A stretch of 38,982 nucleotides of DNA from Candidatus Poriferisocius anaerobius (GTDB lineage: Bacteria; Actinomycetota; Acidimicrobiia; Acidimicrobiales; Bin134): assembly GCA_028278785.1 (NCBI GenBank), contig JAPYOG010000126.1:1-38982 (forward strand), written 5' to 3'. Position numbers and translations under genes: made by a program. Under the pieces are notes generated by a model, which was given only the letters and a program-made list of their open reading frames with translations, was not told the DNA's origin and searched no databases. Below, in pieces: positions 1 to 10,800 of the stretch (position 1 is its first letter; each line of letters opens with the position of its first letter).

Positions 1-119
1 GGTGTGGAAGGTTATGGCCCGCCTAGACAAGCACGACCGGCGGCGGCGCATCGCCAAACGGTGGCTGGCTGGAGCCACCCTGGCAGCGGCGACAGTGGTC
101 TTTCGGAACCGCACCCGCC

Positions 120-289
120 GCTAGTGGTGTGTCTTGGGTTTATTCGCGCGTGTCCTGCTAGGCATCGACGCCCCTCGCGGCGTTGCGCCTCCTTGCCGTA
201 CGCTGGGAGTATGGCTGCGTCGGCGCGCCTTGCGAGGCACGCCGCTGCCGTCGCAATCCACGGCGCTAAACCCAAGACACACCACTAGC
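120..289. repeat. 170-nt palindromic element with perfect 23-bp terminal inverted repeats (120-142 and 267-289) around a 124-nt GC-rich core; MITE-like or a large structured RNA/DNA hairpin
   Basis: GCTAGTGGTGTGTCTTGGGTTTA at 120-142 is the exact reverse complement of 267-289. Pairing stops at both the inner and outer ends. ORFs 4..288(+) and 121..336(-) end in the same peptide KPKTHH because of the symmetry. The core is only partly self-complementary (for example CCTCGC 173-178 with GCGAGG 232-237). Confidence 0.9.
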
Positions 290-361
290 AACCAAACGCT
301 CTGTCTTTTTGCATTGCGGATGAATGCGTCTGGCACGATAGCCTTACTGCACCCCTGACTA

Positions 362-434
362 AGGGCAGTGGCTCAATTGGTAGAGCACCGGTCTCCAAAA
401 CCGGCGGTTGGGGGTTCGAGTCCCTCCTGCCCTG
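362..434 (+). tRNA. trpT: tRNA-Trp (anticodon CCA)
   Basis: 73-nt cloverleaf read by hand. Acceptor AGGGCAG/CTGCCCT, D arm GCTC-AATTGGTA-GAGC, anticodon stem CCGGT/ACCGG with loop CTCCAAA (CCA at 395-397), T arm GGGGG-TTCGAGT-CCCTC, discriminator G, no encoded CCA. It sits in the canonical position upstream of secE-nusG. Confidence 0.95.
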
Positions 435-478
435 CGTAAGCAGTTCCCCTCCCTCGTGCTGGCCGCACCGGAGTCACC

Positions 479-784
479 ATGACAGACATGAACAGACAGC
501 AAAAGCGGATGGCCCAAAAGCAAGGCTTCGTCGACGAAGAAGGCGAACTGGTTCGCGACCGGCGCCAGCCCCGCAACCAGCCCCGGCCCGGCGAGGAGCG
601 AGCGGGCCCGGTGCAGTTCCTGCGGGAGGTTCGCGGCGAGCTCCGCAAAGTGTCATGGCCCCGGCGCGAGGAAGTGGTCAACTACTCCATTGTGGTGCTT
701 GTGGTGCTTGTGCTGCTCACCGCGGCCATCGGCCTGCTTGACTGGGGCTTCAGCGAGGCAATCTTGAAATTGTTCGATCGATGA
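479..784 (+). CDS. secE: preprotein translocase subunit SecE
   Basis: 101-aa ORF with a basic N-terminus, the FLREVRGELRKVSWP motif and one C-terminal TM helix (VNYSIVVLVVLVLLTAAIGLL). tRNA-Trp/secE/nusG synteny supports it. Confidence 0.93.
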   Translation: MTDMNRQQKRMAQKQGFVDEEGELVRDRRQPRNQPRPGEERAGPVQFLREVRGELRKVSWPRREEVVNYSIVVLVVLVLLTAAIGLLDWGFSEAILKLFDR

Positions 785-805
785 ACCCTGAGATAGGCAA
801 GCAAG

Positions 806-1597
806 ATGACTGACCTCTTCCCCACAAGCACGGACACACCGGTGCCCGAGGCCGACGCGGCCGAGGCTGCTGCGGCCCTGCTTCCCACTGGTCCAGGCCC
901 CCAGGCCCCCTCGGAAACCGAAGACCGATCGGACGCGGGCGGGTTGGACCCGGCCTCGGCGACGGGTGGCGCAACCGAGGTTATCGACGCTGAAGAACTG
1001 GTCTATGAGAAGCCAGAAGAGGAGGCCCAAACCACGAGCCCTTACGACTTGCCCGGCAAGTGGTACGTGGTCCACACCCAATCGGGCTACGAGAACAAGG
1101 TGCAGCAGAACATCGAAGCCCGACGCCGGACGATGGGAGCGGAGAGCACCATCCACGACACCGTCATCCCCATGGAAGACGTGGTGGAGGTCAAGGGCGG
1201 CAAGAAAGTGACCACCAAGAAGAAGATGTTCCCCGGCTACTTGCTGGTTCGGGCCGATTTGAACGACGCCTCCTGGGACGTCATCCGCAACACCCCGGGC
1301 GTCACCGGTTTCGTGGGCCAGGGCCGTCGGGGCAGCAAGCCCAGCGCCCTGAAACGCAAGGACGTGGAGAACTTCCTCCAGGTCAAAACCGACGGCAAGC
1401 AGACAGCGCGCCGCACCAAGCCCCGCCTGCTGTATGAGGTGGGCGAGACCATCCGCGTCAAGGAAGGCCCATTCGCCGACTTCTCCGGTGAAGTTGCCGA
1501 GATCAACGAAGACCAGCTCAAGGTGAAGGTCTTGGTCAACATCTTCGGTCGGGAGACCCCGGTCGAACTCGAGTTCTCACAAGTCGCCAAGCTGTAG
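806..1597 (+). CDS. nusG: transcription termination/antitermination factor NusG
   Basis: 263 aa with an NGN domain ([14 protein letters not shown]) and a C-terminal KOW ([21 protein letters not shown]). The roughly 85-aa Ala/Pro/Glu-rich N-terminal extension is as seen in actinobacterial NusG. Confidence 0.95.
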   Translation: MTDLFPTSTDTPVPEADAAEAAAALLPTGPGPQAPSETEDRSDAGGLDPASATGGATEVIDAEELVYEKPEEEAQTTSPYDLPGKWYVVHTQSGYENKVQQNIEARRRTMGAESTIHDTVIPMEDVVEVKGGKKVTTKKKMFPGYLLVRADLNDASWDVIRNTPGVTGFVGQGRRGSKPSALKRKDVENFLQVKTDGKQTARRTKPRLLYEVGETIRVKEGPFADFSGEVAEINEDQLKVKVLVNIFGRETPVELEFSQVAKL

Positions 1598-1607
1598 AGG
1601 AAAGATC

Positions 1608-2036
1608 ATGGCCCCAAAGAAGAAGGTTGCAACCGTCATCAAGATCCAAATCCCGGCGGGCCAGGCCACGCCCGCCCCGCCCGTGGGCACCGCCCTCGGT
1701 CCACACGGTGTGGCCATCATGGACTTCTGTCGGGACTACAACGCCAGAACCGAGGACAAGCGGGGCCAGATCGTCCCGGTCGAGATCACGATCTACGAAG
1801 ATCGGACGTTCTCGTTCATCACCAAGACCCCGCCCACCTCTTTTTTGATCCGGGAGGCAGCGGGCCTGGAGAAGGGCGCCATGGAGCCGGGTCGGGAGCG
1901 GGCCGGTTCCATCACCGACGAGCAGTGCGCCGAGATTGCCAAGGTCAAGATGCCCGACCTCAACACCGGCGACCTCGAGCAGGCCAAGTTGCAAGTGGCA
2001 GGCACAGCCCGCAGTATGGGCATCGCAGTGGAATAG
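1608..2036 (+). CDS. rplK: 50S ribosomal protein L11
   Basis: 142 aa: [53 protein letters not shown] lies upstream. Confidence 0.97.
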   Translation: MAPKKKVATVIKIQIPAGQATPAPPVGTALGPHGVAIMDFCRDYNARTEDKRGQIVPVEITIYEDRTFSFITKTPPTSFLIREAAGLEKGAMEPGRERAGSITDEQCAEIAKVKMPDLNTGDLEQAKLQVAGTARSMGIAVE

Positions 2037-2127
2037 CCGCTCGCCTATGAGTACCGCCGAGAAGTAATTGCCAACCCCCTGCCGGGACGACCTCGCCCGG
2101 CAGGCCGACAACACCGAGGGAGCCGAC

Positions 2128-2829
2128 ATGGCGAAAAAGGGCAAGCAATATCGCGACGCCGTCCAGCGCTACGACAAGCAGCACGCGCACACCGCCAAAG
2201 AGGGGGTGGAGCTGTCCAAAAGCCTGTCCTGTGCGAAGTTCGACGAGACGCTGGAGCTCGCAGCCCGGCTGGGGGTGGATCCCCGCAAGGCCGATCAGAT
2301 GGTGCGGGGCACGGTCAGCCTGCCCTCGGGCACCGGAACCGAGGTTCGAGTGGCCGTGTTCGCCCAGGGCGAGGCCGCCCAGCAAGCCGGCGAGGCCGGT
2401 GCCGACATTGTGGGCGCCGACGATCTCGCCGGACAGGTGCAGGAGGGCAAGATGGACTTCGACGTGGCCATCGCCACCCCCGACATGATGCCGGTGGTGG
2501 GGAAGCTGGGGAAGATCCTCGGTCCCCGAGGGTTGATGCCCAACCCCAAGACCGGCACCGTGACCGAAGACGTGGGCCGAGCGGTAGGCGAGTTCAAGGC
2601 CGGAAAAGTGGAGTACCGCACCGACCGGCAGGGCAACGTGCATGTGCCGGTGGGCAAGATGAGCTTTGAGCCAGACGCCCTGGTGGCAAACATCCAGGCG
2701 GTGGTGGAAGAGCTGAACCGGGCCAGGCCCGCGGCGGTCAAGGGCCGCTACTTCCGCAAGATCACCATCTCATCCACAATGGGGCCCGGAGTCCGGCTCG
2801 ACCCCGCCGACTTGGGGGTCAATCGCTGA
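2128..2829 (+). CDS. rplA: 50S ribosomal protein L1
   Basis: The ORF is open from 2068 (TTG), but the homologous N-terminus [11 protein letters not shown] starts at ATG 2128 after GAGGGA. L1 motifs include [10 protein letters not shown] and [15 protein letters not shown]. Confidence 0.94.
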   Translation: MAKKGKQYRDAVQRYDKQHAHTAKEGVELSKSLSCAKFDETLELAARLGVDPRKADQMVRGTVSLPSGTGTEVRVAVFAQGEAAQQAGEAGADIVGADDLAGQVQEGKMDFDVAIATPDMMPVVGKLGKILGPRGLMPNPKTGTVTEDVGRAVGEFKAGKVEYRTDRQGNVHVPVGKMSFEPDALVANIQAVVEELNRARPAAVKGRYFRKITISSTMGPGVRLDPADLGVNR

Positions 2830-3031
2830 TCTGATAGATTGCACCGCTCACAACTGATCTATTTGCCGCAGACATCAGGCGCGGGATCCGACCCCGCTCA
2901 ATCAGCTCCGGCTCCCTCCGACAGGGATGGACCCGAAGCGGCCTGACGAGGTGGACCCTCCTGAGACCATCGGAGCGGTCGCGTGTCTGCGGCGCCCCAG
3001 TGCTGGTTATCACGGAGGACTCGGCAAACAC

Positions 3032-3613
3032 ATGGAAAATCCCCGCCCCGAAAAGGTGGCCGTTGTAAATGAGGTGCGCGACCGCATCTCTGCCGCCGAA
3101 GCAGTGGTGATCACCGATTACCGCGGGCTGAATGTGCCGGCCTTGGCCCACCTCCGCAAACAGCTGCGCGAGGCCGGTGGCGAATACAAGGTGTACAAGA
3201 ACACTCTGACCCGGTTCGCCGCCCGCGAGCTCGATCTGGACCTCGACGAAATCCTGGTCGGGCCCACCGCGTTGGCCTTTGTCGGCACCCGCGACGACGG
3301 CACCCCCGGCGATGCGGTGTCTTTGGCCAAAGCTCTGTGCCAATACGCCGATGACTCCAACTTCTTCTCCATCAAGGGAGGGGTGCTCGACGGCCAGGTG
3401 CTCTCAGCCGGCGACGTGAGCGCTTTGTCCAAGCTCGGGACACGCGTCGAGATCCTGTCGGAACTCCTGGGACTTCTCGAAGCCCCGCTGGCAGAGACGG
3501 CCGCCCTTCTCGAAGCCCCGCTGACAGAGACGGCCGGGCTGCTGGACGCCCTGCTGACAGAGATGGCCGGGCTGCTGGAGTCGTTGAGCCAAAAAGGCAG
3601 CGAGGCGGGTTGA
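3032..3613 (+). CDS. rplJ: 50S ribosomal protein L10
   Basis: The frame is open from 2927, but the L10-like N-terminus (MENPRPEKVAVVNEVRDRISAAEAVVITDYRGLNV) starts at ATG 3032, 13 nt after GGAGGA. The C-terminal helix region carries tandem 11-aa repeats. Confidence 0.92.
   Translation: MENPRPEKVAVVNEVRDRISAAEAVVITDYRGLNVPALAHLRKQLREAGGEYKVYKNTLTRFAARELDLDLDEILVGPTALAFVGTRDDGTPGDAVSLAKALCQYADDSNFFSIKGGVLDGQVLSAGDVSALSKLGTRVEILSELLGLLEAPLAETAALLEAPLTETAGLLDALLTEMAGLLESLSQKGSEAG
3473..3580 (+). repeat. In-frame tandem repeat, three 33-nt units plus a partial fourth, inside the L10 C-terminal helix
   Basis: Units are 3473-3505, 3506-3538 and 3539-3571, plus 9 nt of a fourth. By hand alignment unit 1 vs 2 is 30/33 identical and unit 2 vs 3 is 28/33. 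They encode LLEAPLAETAA / LLEAPLTETAG / LLDALLTEMAG / LLE. Confidence 0.9.
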
Positions 3614-3691
3614 CCTGCCCACCGCAGAAACGGGCCGGCGCGAACACTGATTCACCACAAACCACCAGATAAAAGGAATAGAGGAACAGAA

Positions 3692-4084
3692 ATGTCCAAG
3701 GTTGACGAGATTCTGGACTCCATAGGGTCCATGACCGTGCTTGAGCTGTCAGAGCTCAAAGAAGCGTTCAAGGAGCGCTTCAACGTGGAGGCGGCGGCCC
3801 CTGCCGCGGCCATGCCGATGATGATGGCTGCTCCCGGCGCCGACGCAGGCGGCGGAGACGCCGCTGAGGAGCAGACCGAATTCGACGTGATTCTGTCCAG
3901 CGCCGGCGACAAAAAGATCCAGGTGATCAAAGAGGTGCGCTCTCTCACCAACTTGGGCCTCAAAGACGCCAAGGAGCTGGTGGACAACGCTCCGAAGCCG
4001 GTTTTGGAGAAAGCCTCCAAGGAGGATGCCGACAAGGCCAAGGAGCTCATTGAGGCCGCCGGCGGCACCGTCGAGCTCAAGTAG
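3692..4084 (+). CDS. rplL: 50S ribosomal protein L7/L12
   Basis: 130 aa with an N-terminal dimerisation helix, an Ala/Met-rich hinge ([17 protein letters not shown]) and a C-terminal domain ([24 protein letters not shown]). Confidence 0.97.
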   Translation: MSKVDEILDSIGSMTVLELSELKEAFKERFNVEAAAPAAAMPMMMAAPGADAGGGDAAEEQTEFDVILSSAGDKKIQVIKEVRSLTNLGLKDAKELVDNAPKPVLEKASKEDADKAKELIEAAGGTVELK

Positions 4085-4116
4085 CTAGCTAGCAGCGAGA
4101 CCATGCCGGTTACGGC

Positions 4117-4145
4117 TTGAAAACCGCACTCGGAGCGCGTATCAT
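4117..4145 (+). promoter_or_regulatory. candidate sigma-A type promoter for rpoBC (TTGAAA-17 nt-TATCAT)
   Basis: The -35 TTGAAA (4117-4122), an exactly 17-nt spacer and the -10 TATCAT (4140-4145) lie in the 209-nt rplL-rpoB spacer. This is a pattern match only. Confidence 0.4.
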
Positions 4146-4293
4146 ACCTCACGACGTGTTTGCCTGTGTTTCTTCCCGCGCCTTCTCTCTAGCCGCGGCT
4201 ACGTTTTCGGGATTCCCCTCTCCCGTTGATGTATAGGAACCCAAGCAGCCTGCCGGCGTTGCCCATCCACCCACATCATCTCAGGAGCTCACC

Positions 4294-7200
4294 TTGGCCC
4301 CCCGTTTGGCGACCCGTGACCGCTACTCCTTCGGAAACCTGGAGGAAGTCCTACCCCTGCCCGACCTCATCGCGGTGCAGAAGGAATCCTTCGAATGGTT
4401 CATCCGCCAGGGGTTGGCCGATGCCTTCCGCGATATCAGCCCCATCAAGGATTTCTCAGAAAATCTCCAACTCGACCTGGAGTTCGATCCCGACAACGAA
4501 GACCTGAACCCCGGCCCGCGCTGGGGCACCTCCGTGGACGAGTGCAAAGAGAAGGACATGACCTACTCCGCGCCCATCCTGGTGCAGGCCCGCTTCTCGA
4601 ATCGCACCACCGGCGAGATCATCGAGCAGGTTGTGTTCCTGAGCGACTTCCCGGTGATGACGGACAAGGGAACGTTCATAGTGAACGGCACCGAGCGGGT
4701 GGTGGTATCGCAGCTTGTGCGCTCACCCGGTGTGATCTTCCAGCCCGGTGAGCGGTTCCGCCTCCGCAACCTGAGCAAACACCAGCTGGTCACCGGCACC
4801 ATCCACCCCTATCGGGGAGAGTGGATCGAGTTCGACGTCGAGCACAAGCCGGGCCGCAATCCCACCGCAGGGGCCAGGGTGGCCCGCAAGCGGCGCATGA
4901 GCCTGTTCACCCTTCTGCGGGCATTGGGATACGACGAGGAGAACTCGCCCGGCTTCCTGGACCGGTTCGTCGCCCACTTCGATTTTCTGGCTGAGCAGTG
5001 GGAAAGCGACAAGCACCAGCACGCCACCAGAAACGATGCCCTGCTGGAGATCTACAAAAGGGCGCGGCCCGGCGAGCCGCAGTCGGTCGAAGCCGCCCGC
5101 AACTACTTCCACAACGCCTTCTTCGAGAACCGCCGATACGACCTGTCCCGGGTGGGCCGCTACAAGCTCGACCGCAAGCTCGGCCCGGAGCTCGACCGCA
5201 TACAAGAGCTGTTCGGCATGGAGCTGGAGCGGCCAGAGCCCGACCAGCCCGTGCTGTCCCCGTCTGAGGTGCTGGCCACCTGCACCTACCTGCTGCACTT
5301 GGTGAAGTTCGAGCCGGGCTACCGCCTCGACGACCAAGACCACTTCGCCAACCGGCGTATCCGCTCGGTGGGCGAGTTGATCCAAAACCAGGTCCGCATC
5401 GGGCTGTCGCGCATGGAGCGCGTGGTTCGCGAGCGCATGACCACCCAGGACGTCGAAGCCATCACCCCCACATCTTTGATCAACAACCGCCCGGTGTCTG
5501 CGGCCATCAAGGAGTTCTTCGGCACCAGCCAGCTCTCCCAGTTCATGGACCAGGTGAACCCGCTGTCGGGGCTCACGCACCGCCGGCGCCTGTCGGCTTT
5601 GGGGCCTGGCGGGCTGTCCCGGGAGCGCGCCGGCTTTGAAGTGCGCGACGTCCACTTCTCGCATTACGGCCGGATGTGCCCCATCGAGACCCCTGAGGGC
5701 CCCAACATCGGTTTGATCGGCGCGCTGGCCTCCTACGGCCGGGTCAACGAATTCGGGTTCATCGAGTCGCCCTACCGGAAGGTGATCGACGGCCAGGTCA
5801 CCGATCAGATCATCTGGCTGGCCGCCGACGACGAGGAGGAGTACGTGGTGGCGCAGGCCAACGCCCCCCTCGACGAGCAGAATCGATTCGTCAACGATCG
5901 AGTGCTTGTGCGGCGCTCCCCCCAAGCCGCCACCTTGAAGGGATTGCGCGCCCAGCTAGAGCAGGAGGTGTTCTTCGGGGCAACCACCGAGATCTCCTCG
6001 GTGCCTCCCGACGAGGTCCAGCTCATGGACGTCTCCCCCAAGCAGATCGTGTCTGTGGCCACCGCGCTCATACCGTTCCTGGAGCACGACGACGCCAACC
6101 GCGCCCTGATGGGGGCCAACATGCAGCGCCAAGCAGTGCCTCTGGTTCGACCCGAGGCGCCGTATGTGGGAACCGGCATCGAGGGCAAGGCAGCCCGCGA
6201 TGCGGCCGACATGATCATCGCCAAAGACAGCGGCACGGTTACCGATGTGGCTGGGGACTCCATCTCCGTGAGCTACAGGAACAACGGCGCCGCCAAGTAC
6301 CGGCTTATGAAGTTCAAGCGCTCCAACCAGGACACCTGCATCAACCAGAAGCCGCTCGTGCAGGTGGGCGACAGGTTCCCCAAGGGGGACATCCTGGCCG
6401 ATGGCCCGTCCACCGAGAACGGCGAGCTGGCGCTGGGCAAGAACCTGTTGGTGGCCTTCATGTCCTGGGAGGGCTACAACTTCGAAGACGCCATCATCCT
6501 CAGCGATCGGCTGGTGCGCGACGACGTGCTCACCTCCATTCACATTCACGAGCACGAGATCGATGCCCGCGACACCAAGCTCGGCCCGGAGGAGATCACC
6601 CGGGACATTCCCAACTTGTCGGAGGAGATCCTCGCCGACCTCGACGAGGAGGGCATCATCAGGCCTGGCGCCGAAGTCGGCCCCGGCGACGTGCTGGTCG
6701 GCAAGGTCACACCCAAGGGCGAGACCGAGCTCACCCCCGAGGAGCGGCTGCTTCGGGCCATCTTCGGCGAGAAGGCCCGGGAGGTGCGAGACACCAGCCT
6801 CAAGGTCCCCCACGGAGAGAACGGCAAGGTCATCGACGTCAAGAAGTTCAACCGCTTCAACGGCGACGAACTGCCCCCCGGCGTGAACCAGCTCGTTCGG
6901 GTCTATGTGGCGCAAAAGCGCAAGATATCGGTGGGGGACAAGTTGGCCGGGCGCCACGGCAACAAGGGCGTGATCTCCAAGATCCTCCCCCTAGAGGACA
7001 TGCCCTACATGGCCGACGGCACCCCGGTGGACATCATCTTGAACCCGCTGGGCGTTCCATCCCGGATGAACGTGGGGCAGGTGCTGGAAGCCCACCTGGG
7101 CTATGCCGCCCGCTGGGGATGGGAGGTGAACGGCTCAGTCGGCGAGAACCCCGACCTGGGAGCGGCGCGTAAAACCCGGCCCAGCACCCGGGCGGCCACA

Positions 7201-7878
7201 CTGGTGGCCACCCCGGTGTTCGACGGCGCCCACTGGGACGAGGCGGGGCACTCCGCCAAACACCCGACCATTCAGCAGATTCTGGGCAACATCAAACCCG
7301 AGTCCGACAATGGGGAGCGCCTCATAGGCGAAGACGGGAAAACTGTGCTCTACAACGGTCGCACCGGAGAGCCCTACGACAACCGCATCATGGTCGGCTA
7401 CATGTACATCTTGAAGCTGGCCCACCTGGTGGACGACAAGATTCACGCCCGCTCCACCGGGCCCTACTCGATGATCACCCAGCAGCCCTTGGGCGGCAAG
7501 GCCCAGTTCGGCGGCCAGCGCTTCGGGGAGATGGAGGTCTGGGCATTGGAGGCGTACGGCGCCGCTTACTGCCTCCAAGAGCTGCTCACCATAAAGTCCG
7601 ACGACGTTTTGGGCCGGGTGCGGGTGTACGAGGCCATCGTCAAAGGCGACAACATCCCCGAACCGGGGATACCGGAGAGCTTCAAGGTGCTCATAAAGGA
7701 AATGCAGGCCCTGTGCCTGAATGTGGAGGTCCGCGACACCGTCGGCCAGCAGGTGGAGATAACCGAGCTCGACGACGATGCCTTCCGCACCTCCGAAGAG
7801 CTGGGCATCGACATCTCCCGTCCCGAACGGGGTTCCGATGATGACGACGATCGCCGCTTCGCGGGAAGGACATTCTAA
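4294..7878 (+). CDS. rpoB: DNA-directed RNA polymerase subunit beta
   Basis: 1194 aa with a TTG start 6 nt after AGGAG. Conserved blocks are present throughout ([66 protein letters not shown]). Confidence 0.98.
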   Translation: MAPRLATRDRYSFGNLEEVLPLPDLIAVQKESFEWFIRQGLADAFRDISPIKDFSENLQLDLEFDPDNEDLNPGPRWGTSVDECKEKDMTYSAPILVQARFSNRTTGEIIEQVVFLSDFPVMTDKGTFIVNGTERVVVSQLVRSPGVIFQPGERFRLRNLSKHQLVTGTIHPYRGEWIEFDVEHKPGRNPTAGARVARKRRMSLFTLLRALGYDEENSPGFLDRFVAHFDFLAEQWESDKHQHATRNDALLEIYKRARPGEPQSVEAARNYFHNAFFENRRYDLSRVGRYKLDRKLGPELDRIQELFGMELERPEPDQPVLSPSEVLATCTYLLHLVKFEPGYRLDDQDHFANRRIRSVGELIQNQVRIGLSRMERVVRERMTTQDVEAITPTSLINNRPVSAAIKEFFGTSQLSQFMDQVNPLSGLTHRRRLSALGPGGLSRERAGFEVRDVHFSHYGRMCPIETPEGPNIGLIGALASYGRVNEFGFIESPYRKVIDGQVTDQIIWLAADDEEEYVVAQANAPLDEQNRFVNDRVLVRRSPQAATLKGLRAQLEQEVFFGATTEISSVPPDEVQLMDVSPKQIVSVATALIPFLEHDDANRALMGANMQRQAVPLVRPEAPYVGTGIEGKAARDAADMIIAKDSGTVTDVAGDSISVSYRNNGAAKYRLMKFKRSNQDTCINQKPLVQVGDRFPKGDILADGPSTENGELALGKNLLVAFMSWEGYNFEDAIILSDRLVRDDVLTSIHIHEHEIDARDTKLGPEEITRDIPNLSEEILADLDEEGIIRPGAEVGPGDVLVGKVTPKGETELTPEERLLRAIFGEKAREVRDTSLKVPHGENGKVIDVKKFNRFNGDELPPGVNQLVRVYVAQKRKISVGDKLAGRHGNKGVISKILPLEDMPYMADGTPVDIILNPLGVPSRMNVGQVLEAHLGYAARWGWEVNGSVGENPDLGAARKTRPSTRAATLVATPVFDGAHWDEAGHSAKHPTIQQILGNIKPESDNGERLIGEDGKTVLYNGRTGEPYDNRIMVGYMYILKLAHLVDDKIHARSTGPYSMITQQPLGGKAQFGGQRFGEMEVWALEAYGAAYCLQELLTIKSDDVLGRVRVYEAIVKGDNIPEPGIPESFKVLIKEMQALCLNVEVRDTVGQQVEITELDDDAFRTSEELGIDISRPERGSDDDDDRRFAGRTF

Positions 7879-10800
7879 ATGTTGGACGTCAACGCATTCG
7901 ACCAGCTCTCGATCGGCCTGGCCACCGCGGACGCTATTCGGACTTGGTCCAATGGCGAGGTGAAGAAGCCCGAGACCATCAACTATCGAACGCTCCGCCC
8001 CGAAAAAGACGGGCTGTTCTGCGAGAAGATCTTCGGCCCCACCAAGGACTGGGAGTGCTACTGCGGCAAGTACAAGCGCATACGCTTCAAGGGGATCATC
8101 TGCGAACGCTGCGGCGTGGAGGTGACTCGTTCCAAAGTGCGCCGCGACCGCATGGGCCACATCGAGCTTGCCGCCCCGGCTGTACACATCTGGTATCTGC
8201 GAGGCACCCGGTCATGGTTGGCCTACCTGTTGATGGGCACCGAGCCCAAAGAGGAGTTGAAGGCCAAGCAGCTTGAGAAGGTCATCTACTTCGCGGCCAA
8301 TCTGGTCACCGAGGTGGATGAGGAGGAGCGCCATCGCAGGCTTCCCGAACTCGAGCGGGAAATGCGTGAAGAGGTTAAGGCCATAGAAGACGAGTGGGAG
8401 GAGCGCAAGAGGGAGCGGCTCGCCGAGCTCGAGGCTGAGCTCGCCGCGGCGGAGGCCGGCGATGGCCGAGATTCCGACAAGCGGCAAAAAGCAGCAGACA
8501 AAGACCTCCAGGCTTTCGAGGAGGAATGCACCGAGGAGATCGAGCTTGTCAAGCGCGCCTTCGAGGAGTTCTCCAGCCTGTTCCCCCGAAAGATCGTCGA
8601 GGACGAGGAACTGTGGCGCGAGATGGAGGACCGCTACGGCGATCTGTTTGCCGGGGGAATGGGCGCCGCGGTCATCGCCACGCTCATCGACCGCGTCGAC
8701 CTCGACGAGGAGGAGCGCAAGCTCCGCGAGCAGCTCGATCCGGTCGAGGGCAAAAAGAAGCTCTCCCAGCAGCGAGAGCAGAAAGCCATCAAACGCTTGA
8801 AGATCGTGTCGGCGTTCAACCAGCGCGACCAGCACGGACGCCGGATCAACGATCCCCGTGCCATGATCTTGGACGCCGTCCCCGTCATCCCGCCCGAACT
8901 GCGCCCTATGGTCCAGTTGGACGGCGGACGGTTCGCCACCTCCGACCTCAACGACCTCTACCGGCGGGTCATCAACCGCAACAACCGGCTCAAGCGCCTG
9001 CTGGATCTGGGCGCACCCGACATAATCGTCAACAACGAAAAGCGCATGCTCCAAGAGGCGGTGGACGCCCTCTTCGACAACGGCCGCCGGGGCCGTCCGG
9101 TGACCGGGCCGGGCAACCGACCTCTGAAGTCCCTGTCCGACATGCTGAAAGGCAAGCAGGGACGGTTCCGCCAAAACCTCCTGGGCAAGCGGGTCGACTA
9201 CTCTGGCCGCTCGGTCATCGTGGTCGGGCCCACCCTCAAGCTGCACCAGTGCGGCCTGCCCAAGCTCATGGCTCTGGAGCTGTTCAAGCCCTTCGTCATG
9301 AAGAAGCTGGTGGAAGAAGACCTGGCCCAGAACATCAAGTCGGCCAAGCGCATGGTCGAGCGTCGGCGGCCCCAAGTCTGGAATGTGCTCGACGAGGTAA
9401 TCCAAGAGCACCCGGTGCTTTTGAATCGGGCGCCCACGCTTCACCGCCTCGGAATCCAGGCATTCGAGCCGGTGCTGGTCGAGGGCAAGGCCGTCCAGAT
9501 CCACCCTCTGGTATGCACTGCCTTCAACGCCGACTTCGACGGCGACCAAATGGCAGTCCACCTGCCGCTTTCAGCGCAGGCGCAGGCCGAGGCCCGAGTG
9601 CTGATGCTCTCGGCCAACAATGTGCTGAGCCCCGCCCACGGCCGGCCGCTGGTGACCCCCAGCCAGGACATGATCATCGGCGCCTATTATCTGACCGAGG
9701 AAGTGGAGGCCGCCCGGGGCGACGGGCGGGTGTTCCGGCATCAGCATCAGATCGAGCGGGCCTACGAAGCGGGCGAAATCGACCTGCATGCCCGCATCGA
9801 ATACCGCATTCCCGCGCTGGTGGACACCCCGGCCAACGGCGAGGCCGCAACCTACACCCCCACCACGGTGGGACGGGTGCTGTTCAACAGCACGCTGCCC
9901 GAAGACTTCCCCTATGTGAACCGGACTGCCTCCAAGCGCGATATCACCACGATTGTGGACCAGCTTGCCCAGCACTACTCCAAGGAGGCGGTGGCCCAGA
10001 GCCTGGATGCTCTGAAAAACCTTACCTTCTTGTTTGCGAGCAAGTCGGGGCTCACCGTGTCGGTGGACGACATCAAAGTCCCCCCCGACAAAAAGAGCAT
10101 CCTCGACCGCTACGAGAAGGAAGCCGACAAGGTTGAGAGCCAATTCCGGCGGGGCATCATCACCGATGGCGAGCGCCGCCAAAAGGAAGTGGAGATATGG
10201 ACAGAGGCCACCGAGATGGTGCGTCAGCGCATGGAAGCGGTGCTCCATTCTGAGAAGTTCAATCCCATCGACATGATGGTGGGATCGGGAGCACGGGGAA
10301 ACATGATGCAGGTACGCCAGATCGCGGGAATGCGCGGCCTGGTGGCCAACCCCCGCGGCGACATGATCCCCCGGCCGATCAAGAGCAACTTCCGCGAGGG
10401 ATTGGCGATGCTGGAATACTTCATCGCCACGCCCGGCGCTCGCAAGGGCCTGGTGGACACCGCGCTGCGAACCGCCGACTCCGGCTACCTCACACGCCGG
10501 CTCGTCGACGTTGCCCAAGAAGTCATCATCAACGACCGTGATCCCTTCGAGCCCGGCGGGGCGATCCGGGGAATCTGGATCGAGGACGTGGCACCCGACG
10601 AACCGGGTAAGCGCACCTATCTGGAAACCAGGCTGTTCAGCCGAACATTGGCCGATGATGTCGTCCTGGGCGACGGCACCGTGCTGAACCGGGGGACCAT
10701 CGTAGGCGACGACGAGATGGTCATGTTGCGGGACGATCCGACGGTGACCAGGGTTCGGGTCATGTCCCCCCTCACCGACGACTCAGAAGTCGGCATCAGC

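Noticed and set aside
4-358. Four overlapping 71-94-aa ORFs at the left edge of the window.
   Set aside because: They run through the palindromic element, and two of them end in the same KPKTHH peptide purely because of the inverted repeat. Their composition is Arg/Ala/Pro-rich and not protein-like. I could not identify any real gene end in 1-119.
3473-3580. Could the 33-nt tandem repeats (and the 9-nt repeats at 26028-26099) be a CRISPR array or a non-coding satellite?
   Set aside because: The units are directly adjacent with no spacers. Their lengths are multiples of three, and they lie in frame inside rplJ and rplV, where they translate into sensible helix or low-complexity protein sequence.
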